Positions 61,763-64,000 of a stretch of DNA of 64,000 nt are shown in pieces. The notes beneath the pieces are model-generated. The model was not told the origin of the DNA and searched no databases. It saw only the letters and a list, made by a program, of their open reading frames with translations. The stretch is taken from the NCBI GenBank assembly GCA_002633005.1, contig NMRA01000148.1:372001-436000 (forward strand). Direction: 5' to 3'. The position numbers and the translations under genes are program-made. How positions within the stretch are numbered: position 1 is the stretch's first letter; the number at the start of each line of letters is the position of its first letter. This DNA comes from Phoronis australis (lineage: Eukaryota > Animalia > Phoronida).

Positions 61763-64000
61763 GTAAGTAATCAAATTATTTGTGCCCTCAAGGTAACACT
61801 TTGAGTGTTCTCTTATCCATATGACACATCACATTTACCAGAAAATACAAATACCGGGTAATTAGGGGATACGTGGAGAGACATCTGTTGTATTCAAAAC
61901 AGAACACAATTCATACAGGATGCTCAATTTCGCAACTGAAAATTCATACAATTAAATGTGATTGTTGATATCAGTTTTTTTTAACACTAATTTGTCAAAA
62001 ATTTCACTAGTGTGTTATTGATCTTTCAAAGAATGGAGAAGTGGGTGGTTAATCTCGTCGCATGTTGTCACAGTGAAGACATTTTATAACAAAAGAACTG
62101 TCTTGCTAGAGCAGGAAATCGCCATAACAACAAGCGTGGCGGGCTCACAAAATAGACATTAGGTTTTTGTGCTACATCTGAGTAAGTTTTCTTAATACAT
62201 GCTAGCGTTGGCTTAATATGTAGTAAGTGTAACCTACTCACAATTGGTGTGATGGAGGTTGGACATTGTAATGCTTATGTATGTTTTGTGGACCAAATTA
62301 AGTAAGCGTGCTCGCTTATCATGGCGACTGACCTTCAAGGGGTCTCCTAACTTCAACCACAGAGAGTGCACAAGGTGGTGAAACAATCTGATATTAACAA
62401 AAACAGCGTACACCTTCTCCATCAGCTGGTAGACTTTACTTGCTCTAACAGTGTCTCTGACTTTTATTCTCAGGAAGGATTTTTAAGTGAAAGACGGATT
62501 AACATTTTACTGCCGTCTTCGCTCCTACTCCTTGCGCCATCTGTTGTTACATGACAGTAACCAATACATTTCAGACATAAACTGTGTTGCAATTTAAGCT
62601 TTGGTCTAAGGAATGACTATTAACTGTGTGTAATTAGCCTCATAAGTCTATATGTGAAGCTGCTCCTCACATGCACTTATATGTCACACACTTGAATAAA
62701 ATCGTAGAGCACATTTCTGAAATACAACATGAGTGAAACTGGATTTATTAATTGTAGAATATTAAATAAAAAGCATTAAGAATGGCTAAAATGCTGTAAT
62801 TCACCCACTTAATGAGTGGCACATATGTAAGGGATAGACGCCCGACACATAAGTTAAGCTTTCATGTCTGCGCTTATATGCAAAACATGAGTACCATTTT
62901 TTTTTTCAAAAACCTTTTATTTCAGAAATAGGCATCTGTGCCTGGTAGCATAAAATAATAATGGGCACAGGGTCTCAATGCAAGCGTTTACAGTAGTTAT
63001 TAGTGGAAAGGGCTCACTATAGAAGTCGAATGTTATTATAATTCGTTTGGTTTCAAAAAGTCTCACTAGACCAACTGATTTTGATTTGATTACATCAGTA
63101 GACTTTTTCGGTGATTCTGCAAAATGCATCTGTTTGTATACAACCTAAATATTTCTAGGCTTTTCTGAAATTTGTTGCTGTTAAACAACAATTCCCTCTC
63201 ATTGTTTACTTTTTAATGAGATTTGATGGCAATGATATCGCGAGACGCCCACACTCGGCTGATTATAGATTTCTTGTGGTTGAAAAATCGCGAGAATACC
63301 AGTACTAAAAGCATTCCTCTCGAGGTTCATGTGTTTAACTGTGCCTCAGTAGTGTTTACTCTATAATACTGTGTGCATTGTGATACGTTTGTCAGACCTG
63401 TGCATATAATTACAACACTAGTTTATCAATGTTGCTATATTGTGGTTCCCACTATGTGTGGAAAACTGGGAGGAAAGGGCTGTTTCATGAAGTGACTGGG
63501 GGCTTAAGTCAGAAAGTTCATTCCTAACACTCCACGCAACCTTCCAAAAATTAATTTTATTTCAATGAAGTACAGTGCACTACAAAGTGTATGACATATC
63601 CACAGTTTGTTAATTAGATAATTTTGTATGAATTATTGGCAACATGCAATTTGCTTTCAATTACTTTGAATAATCTTTATTCATAAATAGCAAAAGCCTA
63701 ATTTCTGCCTGAAGTCAGCTTTCACTAAACAATCTCCTGGAAACATTTTCTATGCATGGGAAAACTCTTAGACAATGAAAAAAGGTAAAAATCCATGGAA
63801 AATTTGAGGAAATTTATAAAATTAATCAGGTGACTATTGTTCTTTTCCATATCATGAGTTAGTGCAGTCAGATACCCATAGCAGCAATCATTTGGATAAT
63901 AGCTATTTTCCATTGTTTTTGGAAAAAGGGAAATTGTATTCTCGAAATTCATGCATAATGGAACTGAAATACGAGTAATAGGAACCAAGTGTCTGCAATA

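Overview
AT-rich, intron-rich animal DNA, probably from an invertebrate bilaterian. Four host genes were assembled by hand from GT-AG junctions with consistent phase. They are: the 5' three coding exons of KLHDC4 (- strand, runs off the left edge); a complete 14-exon ZCCHC14/ZCCHC2-like gene (+, about 935 aa; Smaug-like N-terminus, PX-like, SAM, C-terminal CCHC); a complete 8-exon NOB1 (-, about 444 aa); and the first coding exons (C2 domain) of a WWP/ITCH/Su(dx)-type HECT E3 ligase (+, runs off the right edge). They form two head-to-head pairs. The main find is a 5'-truncated but uninterrupted RLE-type (HERO-like) non-LTR retrotransposon inserted antisense in the intron that splits the ZCCHC14 SAM domain. 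Its single ORF reads RT, CCHC, restriction-like endonuclease, then an in-frame C-terminal ubiquitin-specific protease (USP, peptidase C19) domain with Cys and His boxes intact. Introns also hold a THAP-bearing TTAA (Kolobok-like) element, two arrays of a ~146-bp repeat carrying a CTCF-like motif per unit, a cluster of long foldback elements around NOB1 exon 1, several MITEs and decayed LINE fragments. All protein family calls come from motif recognition, not database searches.
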